Counted from the first letter of the stretch, positions 26,739-36,755 are shown. The stretch: DNA of 60,816 nt from a virus (IMGVR_UViG_3300007775_000010:1-60816), one strand, 5' to 3'. Translations and numbers: made by a program. The notes: generated from the letters alone by a model not told the origin.

Positions 26739-27739
26739 CAGGCGTACACCCGGATCGTGTCGCCCTGCCGAAGGTCGAGAGGGTCCTCCACGCGCGCGGA
26801 GTTGAGCTCCAGCAGTTGCATCGGGTCCTGTTTCAGGTCCGCCGCGATCGAAAACAGATCGGTGTCCTCCTGCACCGTATAGGTGCGCGTGCGGGGTCGC
26901 GACGAGTAGCGCTCTTCCTCGGCGCGCCCGATCATGTCCTCGAGCTCGACGAGCTGGCGCGTGACCGTGGCGCCTGCGGGGTCCGAGAACGGCATGTTGG
27001 ACGGCGGCGGTACGGGCTCGGGCGGGACCCTTGGTTCGGTATGCGCCTTGTGGATGCGCTCGATCGCCCGCTTGTCCCGTCGCTGCTGCGATTGAATGTC
27101 CTCGAGGGTCGTGAACGGCGAGTTCATCAGCGCCGTGAGCTCCTCGGCGAAGTCGCTGAGGTTCGAGAGGTTCTCGTCCCACGCTCCGACTGACTGCGCG
27201 CTGAACTGCGTCTGTTGCGTGAGCCGGATCACGCTCGCGCGCACGCTCGGATCGGTGAACGAGCTGGCGTCGACGTTGTCCTCGGAGTCCTCGACGAACA
27301 GGAGCTCGAGCATGGCCGTGTCGACCGGGTCGGCACCGTCCACCCGGGAGTAGGTTCCGACCTTGCACCGCCGCTTGCCTACGGTCGGGATGACCGCGTC
27401 TCCGGTCTCCTGGGACCGTATTGCTCGCATGAGCTTGTTCAGCTCGGTGGGGTACAGCACGACGTCATCGGGCAACCCCTGCTCGGTCAGGTTGTTGTTG
27501 TAACAAGCCTTGACCCGCCACCGACGTGCGCGTTGTCCGGTATGATCCAGCTTCGCTCCGTCGCGGTAGGGGCGCTCGTGTTCCACGAGACGGCTGCCGC
27601 CTTCCTCGCGCACCTCCTCGACAAGGAGGTAGCAGGTCTCACCCCCGTCCGGCGTGAACGTGCAGATGTCGTATTGCTCGGCGACTGGTTCCGGGCTGTC
27701 CTCGTTGGGTCCTTCCGCTGCGCCTCGTGCCGTGGCCAT
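26738..27739 (-). CDS. Mu gpN-like (DNA circularization N-terminal domain) tail protein with a C-terminal LysM domain
   Basis: GGSRLVEHERPYRDGAKLDHTGQRARRW; TYTVQEDTDLFSIAA...LLELN...LRQGDTIRV. Confidence 0.85.
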   Translation of the reverse strand: MATARGAAEGPNEDSPEPVAEQYDICTFTPDGGETCYLLVEEVREEGGSRLVEHERPYRDGAKLDHTGQRARRWRVKACYNNNLTEQGLPDDVVLYPTELNKLMRAIRSQETGDAVIPTVGKRRCKVGTYSRVDGADPVDTAMLELLFVEDSEDNVDASSFTDPSVRASVIRLTQQTQFSAQSVGAWDENLSNLSDFAEELTALMNSPFTTLEDIQSQQRRDKRAIERIHKAHTEPRVPPEPVPPPSNMPFSDPAGATVTRQLVELEDMIGRAEEERYSSRPRTRTYTVQEDTDLFSIAADLKQDPMQLLELNSARVEDPLDLRQGDTIRVYA

Positions 27740-27742
27740 CGT

Positions 27743-29881
27743 CTACGCTCCGCCGGTCCCTCCAGAGGGCGTCGGCGTTCTTGCGGCCATTGGACCACGG
27801 GTCGCCGGCGGTGCCGAACCGCCGCCTCCGCCCATGGCGTCACGCAGCTCGTGGGCGTTCACCATGCGCACGCGCAGCTCGCCGTCGCGGATGTGACGCG
27901 CCATGCGCTGCCCTAGGGCCTCCCCGAGGCGCTCGGGGTTCTTGATAGCCATCTCGCGGGGTTCCGAAGGAGCTCCACCGACAGTCTCCCTGCCACGTTC
28001 AGATTCTTTAGTCTTGAGGCCCTCGATCTCCGATTCGAGCTTCTCCACGAGTTCGGCTAGTCGCGCTTCCTGCTGCTTGGCGATCTCGCGCCCCGTTTGC
28101 TGCTTATCTGTTACGCCCAACGTCTGGGACAGGTCGCTCAACCCTTGGAGCATGTCGCCAAAGAGACCGGTGTCCTGCGACGATTGCAGCGATTGGATCT
28201 CGCGCCGGAGGCTGTCGATCGCCTGCTGCTTCTGCTCGGCCGTGCCGACATTTCCCTGCACGCGAAACGCACGCATCTCGGTCCTGCCAGCCTGCTCCAG
28301 CTTTGACCCGCGAGTCGCCTCTTTCTCGATTGTCTCGATGAGGGACGTGGTCGCGCCGAATACTGCTGCGAACTCCCCGATCAGCGCTCCGGCGATAAGT
28401 CCTCGGTTCGCCGCAGGCGCGCCGGCCTTTCCTGGGGCTCCCATCGCTCCTGGCGCACCCTTCGCCCCCGTCACGGCAGCGCCCGCAGCGGCGCTAGTCG
28501 CTGCCTCGGTACCCGCCCTGCGAGCGGCTATGGCCTCTCCAGCCGCGCCCAGTGCGAACGATGTTCCGGCGCGACCACCGACTGCCACCGCCCCGGATAG
28601 CACCGGATGGTCGACAATGAAGTCGAGCGCCGATGCCGCGGCCTCCGCCAGCGCCGGCAGGTTGTCCGACAGCTTGTTCAGCGCCGAGATCATCTGAGGC
28701 TTCTGGAACGACAGCTCGAGCTTGTTGAGCGAGTCCCGTAGCTTGAGGCCAGGGTCGTCCCGCAGGCGGTCGTTGAACCTCTTCTGTAGGGTCTCCGCAT
28801 CCTCGAGCGTCTTGCCAAACGCGAACATCCTCGCGTCGAACGCGTCGAGCCCCTTGCGTGCCGCCTCCGCCGGCGTCTCCCCGGCCTCGCGTGCCTTCGC
28901 AAATGCCTCCTCGAAGGGCTTGACGAGATTATCGATCGTGCGCCGCGCCTCGGGTGAGCGGATCGACTGCTGTAGCGCCTCGATGCCCTTTGGCCCCTTC
29001 GCCAGGATGTCGCGGAACAAGTCGAGTCCCTGCTTGTCCACATCGATCTTGAGCCGCGACTTTTTCAAGAGTCCTTGGATTGCGCGCACCTGTGACGTGC
29101 CGCTCTTGAGTACCTCGCCGAGTCGCTTCATGCCCGGGACGAGGGACTCACCGAGTTCGTTGTCGAGCTCCTTCGCCAGCCCGAGCAGCTGAACGAAACC
29201 CTTGCCGCCCTTGAAGCCGAGCGCCTCGGCCTCAGTGGCAAGCAACGCGAACTTGCCTTGGAGGTCCTCAACCTTGAGCCCGCCTCCGGCGAGCTTCTCG
29301 GTGATACCTGGCAGCACCTCGTTGTTGAATTCCTCGGCCGTCACCCCGAACTTGCGGAAGGCCAACTGACCGGCATCGCCCAGGGCGAGCATGTCCGAGC
29401 CCGTCACTTGGGACTGCTTGCCAATCGCCTTGATGATTCCGAGCGAGTACTCGGCATTGCCGGTGGACTCGAACACTCGCTCGGCGGTCTGTAGGAGCTC
29501 CTCCTGACTCTTCTTGGTGTCGTCAGTGGCATCGCGGAGCTGCATCTGCACCTCGCGCCAGTCCATGGTCTTACCCGTGGAAAGCTCCACGCGCTGCGTG
29601 AACTGCTGGATCTGCGAGTTAAGGTCGACGGCCCCCTTAATCGACGCACCGAACGCGAACGCCCCTCCGAACGTGAGTGCGCTCTTGAGCATGCCACCCA
29701 TGCGCGAGCCCAGTGCTGAGAAGTCTTTAGTCATCCGACTAAGACCCGCGTTCAGCGGTGAGAACGAGCGCGCGGCCTTGCGCGCCTCCTGCTCGGTCTG
29801 GTCACCGATGCGCTTGATCGCCGTCGTGTAGTTTCCGCCGTCCAGGTCGAGCTTGACGGAGGCGACTTTCGTTACTGCCAT
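27743..29881 (-). CDS. tail tape measure protein
   Basis: 712 aa, helical, Ala/Gly-rich; follows the tube and chaperone genes. Confidence 0.85.
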   Translation of the reverse strand: MAVTKVASVKLDLDGGNYTTAIKRIGDQTEQEARKAARSFSPLNAGLSRMTKDFSALGSRMGGMLKSALTFGGAFAFGASIKGAVDLNSQIQQFTQRVELSTGKTMDWREVQMQLRDATDDTKKSQEELLQTAERVFESTGNAEYSLGIIKAIGKQSQVTGSDMLALGDAGQLAFRKFGVTAEEFNNEVLPGITEKLAGGGLKVEDLQGKFALLATEAEALGFKGGKGFVQLLGLAKELDNELGESLVPGMKRLGEVLKSGTSQVRAIQGLLKKSRLKIDVDKQGLDLFRDILAKGPKGIEALQQSIRSPEARRTIDNLVKPFEEAFAKAREAGETPAEAARKGLDAFDARMFAFGKTLEDAETLQKRFNDRLRDDPGLKLRDSLNKLELSFQKPQMISALNKLSDNLPALAEAAASALDFIVDHPVLSGAVAVGGRAGTSFALGAAGEAIAARRAGTEAATSAAAGAAVTGAKGAPGAMGAPGKAGAPAANRGLIAGALIGEFAAVFGATTSLIETIEKEATRGSKLEQAGRTEMRAFRVQGNVGTAEQKQQAIDSLRREIQSLQSSQDTGLFGDMLQGLSDLSQTLGVTDKQQTGREIAKQQEARLAELVEKLESEIEGLKTKESERGRETVGGAPSEPREMAIKNPERLGEALGQRMARHIRDGELRVRMVNAHELRDAMGGGGGSAPPATRGPMAARTPTPSGGTGGA

Positions 29882-29919
29882 CGGCCTCTACCTCCGTCGC
29901 TTCGTCCCGAGAATGTCCG

Positions 29920-30552
29920 CTAGCTGCTCTCCGGAGAGGATGCCGAGTTGGATATCCAGCGCTGCTGCACCCACGAGGGAGCGAGCGGAGAGGCACAGGC
30001 TGCCCTTGCCGAAAGCGCTATGCAGCTGGCCTGCCCGAAGCCAGGCATACCGGCTAAAGGGCTCGGCTCACCTCGGCGCGCCACCTCGAGAATCGTCTCC
30101 CACGCCTCGTCCGCGTTCAGAGAACCGAACCGGCCGTCGACCACGTCGATCAAGAGCTCGTGGCGGTTCCACGTCTCCGAGAGCTCGGCGAGCAGGTACC
30201 GCTCAAACAGGTCCTTGCCGTGCTGCATGTGCTGAATAAACGGCGGCTTCGGGTCGCGGATGATGTGCGCCAACATCTCGAACTTCTCGAGCTCGGCTAC
30301 CAGGTCCTTGTCTCTGTCGAGATCGAGGTTCAGATTGCCCGCCCACTCCCGCGAGTCGACGCGTGCTCGGAATCGGCGCGGGTTGTCGATCACCTTGAGG
30401 GCGACATCGACGGCTTCGATGCTGCCGTCCTTCTTGCGACGCCGGATCTGGTGAGGGAAGTGCAGGGCCCCCTCGTGCTCGAGCACGCCGAGACCGTCCC
30501 ACAACACACCCAGGAGCTGCTCGGTCGCCTTGTCGATGCGTTCGTCTGCCAC
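29920..30552 (-). CDS. tail assembly chaperone (G); a -1 frameshift product would end at 29888
   Basis: Between tube and tape measure genes; in-frame slippery heptamer C CCT TTA. Confidence 0.75.
   Translation of the reverse strand: MADERIDKATEQLLGVLWDGLGVLEHEGALHFPHQIRRRKKDGSIEAVDVALKVIDNPRRFRARVDSREWAGNLNLDLDRDKDLVAELEKFEMLAHIIRDPKPPFIQHMQHGKDLFERYLLAELSETWNRHELLIDVVDGRFGSLNADEAWETILEVARRGEPSPLAGMPGFGQASCIALSARAACASPLAPSWVQQRWISNSASSPESS
30055..30061 (-). other. programmed -1 frameshift slippery site CCCTTTA
   Basis: X XXY YYZ in the correct frame; the -1 frame stays open to TAG at 29888-29890, just before the tape measure start. Confidence 0.65.
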
Positions 30553-30560
30553 GATGCCCC

Positions 30561-30941
30561 CTAGTTGGGCACCTTCTTGCCGACGAAAGTGAACGAGCCC
30601 TTCGTTGCGTCATCGATCGAACCGTTGATCTGCACTTCCTGGAATGCCCCGTTGTACGTCCACACCTCGCCGTGTGGGATCTTGACGCGCAGCTGCTTGA
30701 GCTGCCGCTTCTCGACCATCCGCACATAGTCGCGCTCGAGGCCGTCCTCACCGATGACGAAGTTCGCTGAAACCGCAGACTCGCCGGGTCCGAAGGTAAT
30801 GCCACCCTGTGGATTCCGCAGCGTATGGACCTGTTTCGCTCCGTTGTTGGTGCGGGCGTTGAAGTCCGTGACTTGTCCCAGATCGCCACTGCCCATGGCG
30901 ATGTAGGACTTCGGAAAGAATACCTGCTCGGTGTTGGCCAC
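30561..30941 (-). CDS. tail tube protein
   Basis: 126-aa beta-rich protein directly after the sheath gene. Confidence 0.8.
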   Translation of the reverse strand: MANTEQVFFPKSYIAMGSGDLGQVTDFNARTNNGAKQVHTLRNPQGGITFGPGESAVSANFVIGEDGLERDYVRMVEKRQLKQLRVKIPHGEVWTYNGAFQEVQINGSIDDATKGSFTFVGKKVPN

Positions 30942-30948
30942 GGGTGCG

Positions 30949-32466
30949 CTACTCCTTGCTCACCACCGCGCCGATCTTGGCGAGCGGCTTGATGATCTTC
31001 AGCGGAACGAAGACGTTTAGCTGACTCTCATCGGTCGAATCGATCTCGACGATGAGTTCGCCGCTCGCGATCGTCTCCTCGAGGCGAGCCCGTTGGACGA
31101 TCCCGTTGTCGGCGTGCAGATGCATTCGAGAATGCACCCAGGCCCGCGCGTCCTTTTCTTCGACGACCCCCGGGGGCAGGTCGTTGTCGCCAGGCGGAAG
31201 GTCGGGAGTGATGCTCGCGTTCGGGAACTCCTGAGGCATGGCGGTGCGGATGTCGTCGCCGACGAACTGCGCACCGTACGTGTCGGACATGTGGTGCGCG
31301 CGGAAGTCCGGATTGCCACTGAAGAGAGAGTGCGTGGTGATCGGCTTGACCAGGAACGGACGGTTGGTGCGTCGCGCGAGACCCACGACGCTCACTCCGT
31401 TGTTCAACAGGTCCTCGACCTCAGGTCCGGTGAGCTTGTCGGCGGCGATGTTCTTGGGGCCAACCAACGTCAGGTATTCGTTGCCGATGCGGTTGTAGTT
31501 CGCCCTCTGAGCCAGGCCCGCCAGGGTGTCGCCAGCTTCCTCGCCCGCGAGTTCGCATGGCAATGATTGGAAGGCCTGCCCATAGATGTACTCGAACACA
31601 GGAGAGTTTCGGTTGATGGCTCCCGCCTTGACGTTCGCGATGCTGCCAGTGTGCCCGACGAGACCAACCTGCAGGAGCGCGTCGAGCCCCGAGTCGAGCC
31701 CCTCGATGTGTACGCGCATTCTGTCGGCGTTGCTCGAGCTCGTGGCGTCCGAAGCGTCGGCATTGGACAGACCGCCGACGATGATCGTGTACTGCTCGGT
31801 ATTCACGAGTGCGAGCACGTTGGTGAAGTCGGGCTCGATGGTGCCGCCAGCGAGAGCGGTACCACCGGCGGCAATCACACCGCCGGTACCCCCAACCGTG
31901 AACGCCATGCCGGTCGTGATGTCGTTGCCCCAGGGACCGGCAGATCGTGCGTCGAGGTCCAGATCCCCGGCGCCGGCTCCGGCCGAAGCGATAACAGGCA
32001 AGCCCTGCCCTGACTTCTGGTTGACCAGCGACACGGCCCGATCGCGGGCGACAGTGGGGGACTCGCCCGGATTCCAGGGGACGTCGACGTAGATGCCCTT
32101 GACATCGATCGTGACGACGCTCGACGCCGTGGGCGCCGTCGTAAACACGTGCGTAATGCTCGCCGCCGCACCGGCTCCGACCGCGGGTGCGACGATATCG
32201 ACCGAAGCCAGCGGGTACTTCTTGAAGAGCCCCTTGGCGGTCAGATGACCTTGCCCATCGACACCATGGGAGATCGCAGCGTCGTCGGGCCCGAAGATTT
32301 GACGCACCACCGTGTCCGGAGTGATGTCGCCGTCCGCCGTGTTCTTCGGAGCGATGATCAGCGCGCGATTGACGGCCGCCCCGGGTCCGCTCACACCGCC
32401 AAGCAAGTCGATGGTGAGAAAGAACCCCGGCGTTTTCACCGAGGAAGCGACGGCCTTAGCTACCAT
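30949..32466 (-). CDS. contractile tail sheath protein (Mu gpL-like)
   Basis: KTPGFFL, GPWGNDI, LAGGTIEPD, LLNNGVS, ITT motifs. Confidence 0.9.
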   Translation of the reverse strand: MVAKAVASSVKTPGFFLTIDLLGGVSGPGAAVNRALIIAPKNTADGDITPDTVVRQIFGPDDAAISHGVDGQGHLTAKGLFKKYPLASVDIVAPAVGAGAAASITHVFTTAPTASSVVTIDVKGIYVDVPWNPGESPTVARDRAVSLVNQKSGQGLPVIASAGAGAGDLDLDARSAGPWGNDITTGMAFTVGGTGGVIAAGGTALAGGTIEPDFTNVLALVNTEQYTIIVGGLSNADASDATSSSNADRMRVHIEGLDSGLDALLQVGLVGHTGSIANVKAGAINRNSPVFEYIYGQAFQSLPCELAGEEAGDTLAGLAQRANYNRIGNEYLTLVGPKNIAADKLTGPEVEDLLNNGVSVVGLARRTNRPFLVKPITTHSLFSGNPDFRAHHMSDTYGAQFVGDDIRTAMPQEFPNASITPDLPPGDNDLPPGVVEEKDARAWVHSRMHLHADNGIVQRARLEETIASGELIVEIDSTDESQLNVFVPLKIIKPLAKIGAVVSKE

Positions 32467-32893
32467 CGGTCAGCTCCTCGTTGACGGCCGGCGCCTCACC
32501 GCTCACGGGCGCGGTCGGAGCAGCCGTCTCCGCCTGCTTCGTCGCTGCCGCATCGGCCTTCCGCTCGGCCTCCGCCTCGTCTTTTCGGCGCCGGACCTCC
32601 GCTCCGCGTTTCCGCTCGGCGTCCTCCTGCGCCTTCAGGAAGGCCCGGTAGTCGGCCTCGGTGCGCTGGATCAGGGATCCTGCTCTCAGCGCCCGGCCGT
32701 ACTCCCGGCCATATTGCGCCATCTCCTCGCGGGTGATCGCGACCACCTCGTCGGGGCGATAGCGAATGGTCCGCCCGTTCTTGTCGGACGGATCCCGCTC
32801 CGCGGCGATCATGGTCCCGGGACCGAATCGCGTCACCGGCACGGGGTTTTTCGGGTCGAGACTGACGAACAGGGCGAAGCGCGACAGGTCCAC
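32456..32893 (-). CDS. hypothetical protein preceding the sheath gene
   Basis: ORF fills the gap; start codon uncertain. Confidence 0.6.
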   Translation of the reverse strand: MDLSRFALFVSLDPKNPVPVTRFGPGTMIAAERDPSDKNGRTIRYRPDEVVAITREEMAQYGREYGRALRAGSLIQRTEADYRAFLKAQEDAERKRGAEVRRRKDEAEAERKADAAATKQAETAAPTAPVSGEAPAVNEELTDGS

Positions 32894-32904
32894 GAGGGAC
32901 AGCG

Positions 32905-33834
32905 CTACGGCATCAGGAAAGTAACGTCGATTTTCTGGCCCTCTGGCAGCGGGCCCTCGGCCTCGAGGATGTCCACGTAGCGGGACCGGAGCCATGGGGC
33001 GAACGTGCGGGCGTCCTGACGGCAGAGTGCGATTGCGGAGCGCAGGGTCACCGCGTACACGTAGGCGCTCGGACCCCTCGTGAAGCGTGCGCGCTCGAGC
33101 ACTTCGACCGAGCCGGACGATGCGAGCAGCTCGCCGTCGAGGTTGCGCCCGACGTCGGTGAGCGACTCACTCACCGCGACCATGAGGTCGAGACCCTCTC
33201 GCCGGCGCCGGGGATCGGCGTCGGTGCGGCTCGTGATGATGTAGGCGGCGAACTGCTCAAAGTTGAGCGTCACGCCGCTCTGCACTCGGGACGAGCCCCG
33301 AGACATCCCAGTCGTGCGCCCCTCGACTGGAGTCGAGCGAAACCAGATGAGCAGCACCGCCGGGAATCGCCCAAGCTTTGCGTCAAAGAAGTCCTTGGCC
33401 TGGGTACCAGTCTCGAGGTCCTCGAAGAACCGCACCTCTTTGATCCAGCCCTCGGCGCCACCCGTGAAGTCGGCCGTCACGGTCACGGTTGGCTCAAGCC
33501 CGGCCACATCCGGGTACCACCGCAGGACGTCGCCTGCCTTGAGGTTTGCCCACTTGCCGCCGACGTTCGAGACGAGCGTCACCTGCGTCCCTGCGCTCGT
33601 TACCGTCCACTCGCCGCCCTCGTTGTGCGGGAGCTCGGTGGCCGGGTCTGCGTCGGTCTTGAACGGCCAGTGATACATGGCCGCTCCGTCTCGCACCGGC
33701 ACCAGGTAGGTGTTTCGCGGCACGACCACGTCCGCCCCGGTCGCCTTCGCCGTGACGGCCCCGGTGCCCCTAGTGCCCGTGAGCGGGTGCAGTTGCGCCA
33801 TGTAGGCGTTCGCCAGGTCCTCGATGGTGTTCAT
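32905..33834 (-). CDS. tail terminator (Mu gp37-like) with an inserted baseplate-J-like beta domain
   Basis: IEDLANAYMAQL...[GAVTAKAT...GG..ANLKAGDVLRW...FTGG]...RFPAVLLIW. Confidence 0.6.
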   Translation of the reverse strand: MNTIEDLANAYMAQLHPLTGTRGTGAVTAKATGADVVVPRNTYLVPVRDGAAMYHWPFKTDADPATELPHNEGGEWTVTSAGTQVTLVSNVGGKWANLKAGDVLRWYPDVAGLEPTVTVTADFTGGAEGWIKEVRFFEDLETGTQAKDFFDAKLGRFPAVLLIWFRSTPVEGRTTGMSRGSSRVQSGVTLNFEQFAAYIITSRTDADPRRRREGLDLMVAVSESLTDVGRNLDGELLASSGSVEVLERARFTRGPSAYVYAVTLRSAIALCRQDARTFAPWLRSRYVDILEAEGPLPEGQKIDVTFLMP

Positions 33835-34274
33835 GCGCCGATCACGTCCTGCAGCAGCATCTCCGCCACGCTGTCGGTGAAGCCCTCGAAGTCGATAGCG
33901 GTGAAGTCACGCAGGGGGATCTTCGTCCGAGGTTCTTTGCTCACATGATAGATGGAGTAAGGCACGTCGGTGCCCGCAGCGGCCTCCGAGGGCCCGCTCG
34001 ACGGTTGGATCGAATTGAATAGGACCGCGGTGTCGCGAAGGATGGTGTAGGGCTCGGTCCCGCGGCGCGACGACTTGGTCGAGTCGGCCAAGTCCTCCCA
34101 CCTCTTTCCGCCGGCGACCGCGCCCTCCTCGAGGAACACCTCCTCGATCTGGGCGACGAGCTCCTCGGCAATCGACGGCGTGAAGTGAGCGAGGTTCTGC
34201 CCGCGCGCCTCGAGCTGGCGGACCACCTCGACGAGATCCGACGCGTCGTAGCTGACGCCGGCGAGGTCGGCCAT
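33831..34274 (-). CDS. virion morphogenesis / tail completion protein (Mu gpG-like)
   Basis: F..EG....W..LADST...ILRDTAVLFNSI...GTDVPYSIYH...IPLRDF. Confidence 0.85.
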   Translation of the reverse strand: MADLAGVSYDASDLVEVVRQLEARGQNLAHFTPSIAEELVAQIEEVFLEEGAVAGGKRWEDLADSTKSSRRGTEPYTILRDTAVLFNSIQPSSGPSEAAAGTDVPYSIYHVSKEPRTKIPLRDFTAIDFEGFTDSVAEMLLQDVIGA

Positions 34275-34762
34275 CAGAACCCGCCCGGGCCAGGCTTTCC
34301 CGAGGCCCTGTCGGCCGCACTGGCGGCGAACACGAAAGGAGGGTCGGCGGCGTCGATGCCGGCGCCCACACGCTTGTTCTTCACGCCCACCGCGGCTTCG
34401 GAAGGGATCCGTAGGTCCGCCTTCTGCATTGCCTTGAGGCGCTGGATCGCCCGTTCGCGCACCTGGTGAAAGCGCCCCTGTCCCTGGTCGTTCAGCCATT
34501 CGCTGCGCCGCTCGCCGGCGTACCCCATCGCGATCGCGGCGGCAGTCCGGCGCAGCGTCTGGTCGGCGACGAGCTGGTCGAGGTCATCGTCGGTGTACCC
34601 CTTGCCCTTGAGGTGGGCGCGCACGTCAGCGTCCGCATCGGCGAGCACTTCGGCGACGATGCTGGCATCCGCAACACCGTCGCCGTCGTCGTCGAAGAAT
34701 TGCAGCCACTGGTCCGCCGAAAAGCGAGCCTTGACCGCGTCCTCGTCAACGAAGCCCGCCAT
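34274..34762 (-). CDS. head-tail connector (Mu gp36/DUF1320-like)
   Basis: ARFS...FDDDGDGVAD...ADADVRAHL...Y...AIQRLKAM. Confidence 0.8.
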   Translation of the reverse strand: MAGFVDEDAVKARFSADQWLQFFDDDGDGVADASIVAEVLADADADVRAHLKGKGYTDDDLDQLVADQTLRRTAAAIAMGYAGERRSEWLNDQGQGRFHQVRERAIQRLKAMQKADLRIPSEAAVGVKNKRVGAGIDAADPPFVFAASAADRASGKPGPGGF

Positions 34763-34766
34763 GGGA

Positions 34767-35159
34767 TTACGCCGAGCGCTGCGCCCTGGGCGGTGGCTTG
34801 ACCGAGATCAGCCCACGCCGCCCAAGCGTGCGCAGCCGGTCGCGTGAGAGCAGTCCCTTCGGCACCCGCTGCCCGATTCCTAGGTGGATCCGGCGACCGC
34901 TCTTTTGCACCATGATCGGGTCGCGCACGTACAGCGTCTTGCCGTTCGCCGTTTCCTCCCACTTTGGCGGCGGCTCCTCGACCTTGTCCGGCACATCCGG
35001 ATCGCCGAGAGCAGCGATTGCCTCCTCGAGCTCCTCGGGTGAGTCATCGGATGCATCGTCGACGTTGTCGAAGTCGACGTCATCGAGACTCGCCGTGTGA
35101 GCCTGGGCCTGCTCTTGCGCCTTTCCGGTTCGCTTACCGCGCTTATTGTTGGTTGCCAT
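34767..35159 (-). CDS. hypothetical protein downstream of the capsid gene
   Basis: Acidic middle, basic ends; start uncertain (35159 or 35189). Confidence 0.65.
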   Translation of the reverse strand: MATNNKRGKRTGKAQEQAQAHTASLDDVDFDNVDDASDDSPEELEEAIAALGDPDVPDKVEEPPPKWEETANGKTLYVRDPIMVQKSGRRIHLGIGQRVPKGLLSRDRLRTLGRRGLISVKPPPRAQRSA

Positions 35160-35231
35160 GTTTCTTGCCTTTCTAGAAGGCCGTGGCAACCCGCGCGAAC
35201 GACTCGGCCGGCGCTACGGCCAGTGACCCAA

Positions 35232-36284
35232 TCAGGTCTTGACGTTCTTGATCAGCCCGCCGCACACGTCGCTGATCATCTTCACGTCTTCGGCGTGGCC
35301 CGCTACGAGCATGGTGCTGCCCTCGAGACCTTCCTCCTCGACCTGATATTCGCGACTGGTGTAGCCGGTGCCGCTCTCACCGCGACGGCGGAACGTCTGA
35401 ATCGTACGCACCGACATTGGGTTTCCGTCCGCACCAGGCGGGTTGCAGGTGAGCACCACGTCATCACCGAGAACGAAGTCGAGCAGTCCCGTGCTCTCGT
35501 TCAGCTGCTTCTCTGGCGTGACGTGGAACGGAGGGAATCCCGGGATGACGAAGTCGAGCTGCATCTGGGCGCCCGCTCCCTTGACGGCCTGCGCCTGCGG
35601 CGCGTTGTCGCCGAGCATCTGCCGCATGTGGTCGCGCACCGACGGGTGCCGCAAGAAGATGTGCGCCCCCACGGGTGCCATCCAAATGTCCGTGACGGGC
35701 TGCGCGGAGGCCTCGATCCGCGTCTCCAGGTCGAGGATCGGGTCGCTGTTCAGCGGGTCATCCCACGCCGTCGCAAGCGTCACGCGGTTGGCTGCGTTCC
35801 AGCTGGCGGTGTTCCGCAAGATCGTCCACACCCGGGACTCACGGTCGAGACCGAGGCCACGCGCTACGATCTGCCCGCTTGCCTGCTTGAGGTCGTAGTT
35901 TGCCTGCGCCGCCGTCACCTTGGGGATCAAGCTGCCGAGCTGGCGCTCGAGCACCGTGTAGTCGAGCAGCGTGGACTCCGGGTCGATCTGCCGCACCCGG
36001 CTGCGCCGGGACCCTTCGACGTTCACGGTCTTGAACATGTTGTTCAGGCCGAAAAACCGGAACTTGTCGGTGTCCTTGTCAACCAGGAAGACGGGCGCCA
36101 CCTCGTCGGCCCGCAGCCCGAAGGGAGAGAACCCGGCGATATAGGTGTCCAGCTCCTCCTGGATCGTGACGTCCGAGGGAGACAGCGCCAGGGTGATGGT
36201 CTCGCCCGCGCGCCCGATGCCGGGCTGGTCCGCCGCGAGCATCACGCTCATGGTGGCTGCCTGTGCGATTCGTCGAAGTTTCAT
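35232..36284 (-). CDS. major capsid protein (HK97 fold, phage capsid E-like)
   Basis: ADEVAPVFLV, DRESRV, WDD..NSDPILDLE, CGGLIKNV; position in the head module. Confidence 0.88.
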   Translation of the reverse strand: MKLRRIAQAATMSVMLAADQPGIGRAGETITLALSPSDVTIQEELDTYIAGFSPFGLRADEVAPVFLVDKDTDKFRFFGLNNMFKTVNVEGSRRSRVRQIDPESTLLDYTVLERQLGSLIPKVTAAQANYDLKQASGQIVARGLGLDRESRVWTILRNTASWNAANRVTLATAWDDPLNSDPILDLETRIEASAQPVTDIWMAPVGAHIFLRHPSVRDHMRQMLGDNAPQAQAVKGAGAQMQLDFVIPGFPPFHVTPEKQLNESTGLLDFVLGDDVVLTCNPPGADGNPMSVRTIQTFRRRGESGTGYTSREYQVEEEGLEGSTMLVAGHAEDVKMISDVCGGLIKNVKT

Positions 36285-36314
36285 GGTGCGTTGCTCCCTA
36301 TGCTGCTCTCTGGA

Positions 36315-36716
36315 CTAGGCTCCGTGTTGCTGGCCTGGTGCGACGAGGGTTGCCTCGATGAGGTCGCCGGCGACTCCGCCGGTCGTTTCGGAGATGGCGC
36401 CGACGCACTGGAGATCGGCGGAGACTGGGATTGCGCGACCGGTCCCGTCGGAAGTGAGTTTGATCCCCTCGGCCGCCACGGCGGCGCCGATCTCGAGGAT
36501 CACGGTACCCAGGCTCCTGGCGATGTCGCCGTTGGCCCCGTCCGCGATGTTCTCGAGTGAGACGCCCTGGATGACATCCGTCGCAGCTGCCGCCAGCTGG
36601 ACAGCGTCAGGCCCGTTGCCCGGGTCGTTCTTGATGAACCGGTGCGGGGGTACGGCGACGCCGCTGCGGTTGCGGCCAGGGACGATATGGGGCGTGTCTT
36701 GTCTCAGTTTCGGCAT
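36315..36716 (-). CDS. capsid decoration/cement protein (DUF2190-like)
   Basis: RFIK...AAAATDVIQGV...GAAV...LTSDGTGRAI...GDLIE. Confidence 0.75.
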   Translation of the reverse strand: MPKLRQDTPHIVPGRNRSGVAVPPHRFIKNDPGNGPDAVQLAAAATDVIQGVSLENIADGANGDIARSLGTVILEIGAAVAAEGIKLTSDGTGRAIPVSADLQCVGAISETTGGVAGDLIEATLVAPGQQHGA

Positions 36717-36755
36717 TGCCTTCGCTCCTGGGTGACCTGGGTGATTCCCCCGCCG

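Noticed and set aside
35097-36560. 487-aa plus-strand ORF, and similar long antisense ORFs at 56165-57346 and 57121-58356
   Set aside because: Shadows of the capsid and ParB-like genes; no recognisable domains
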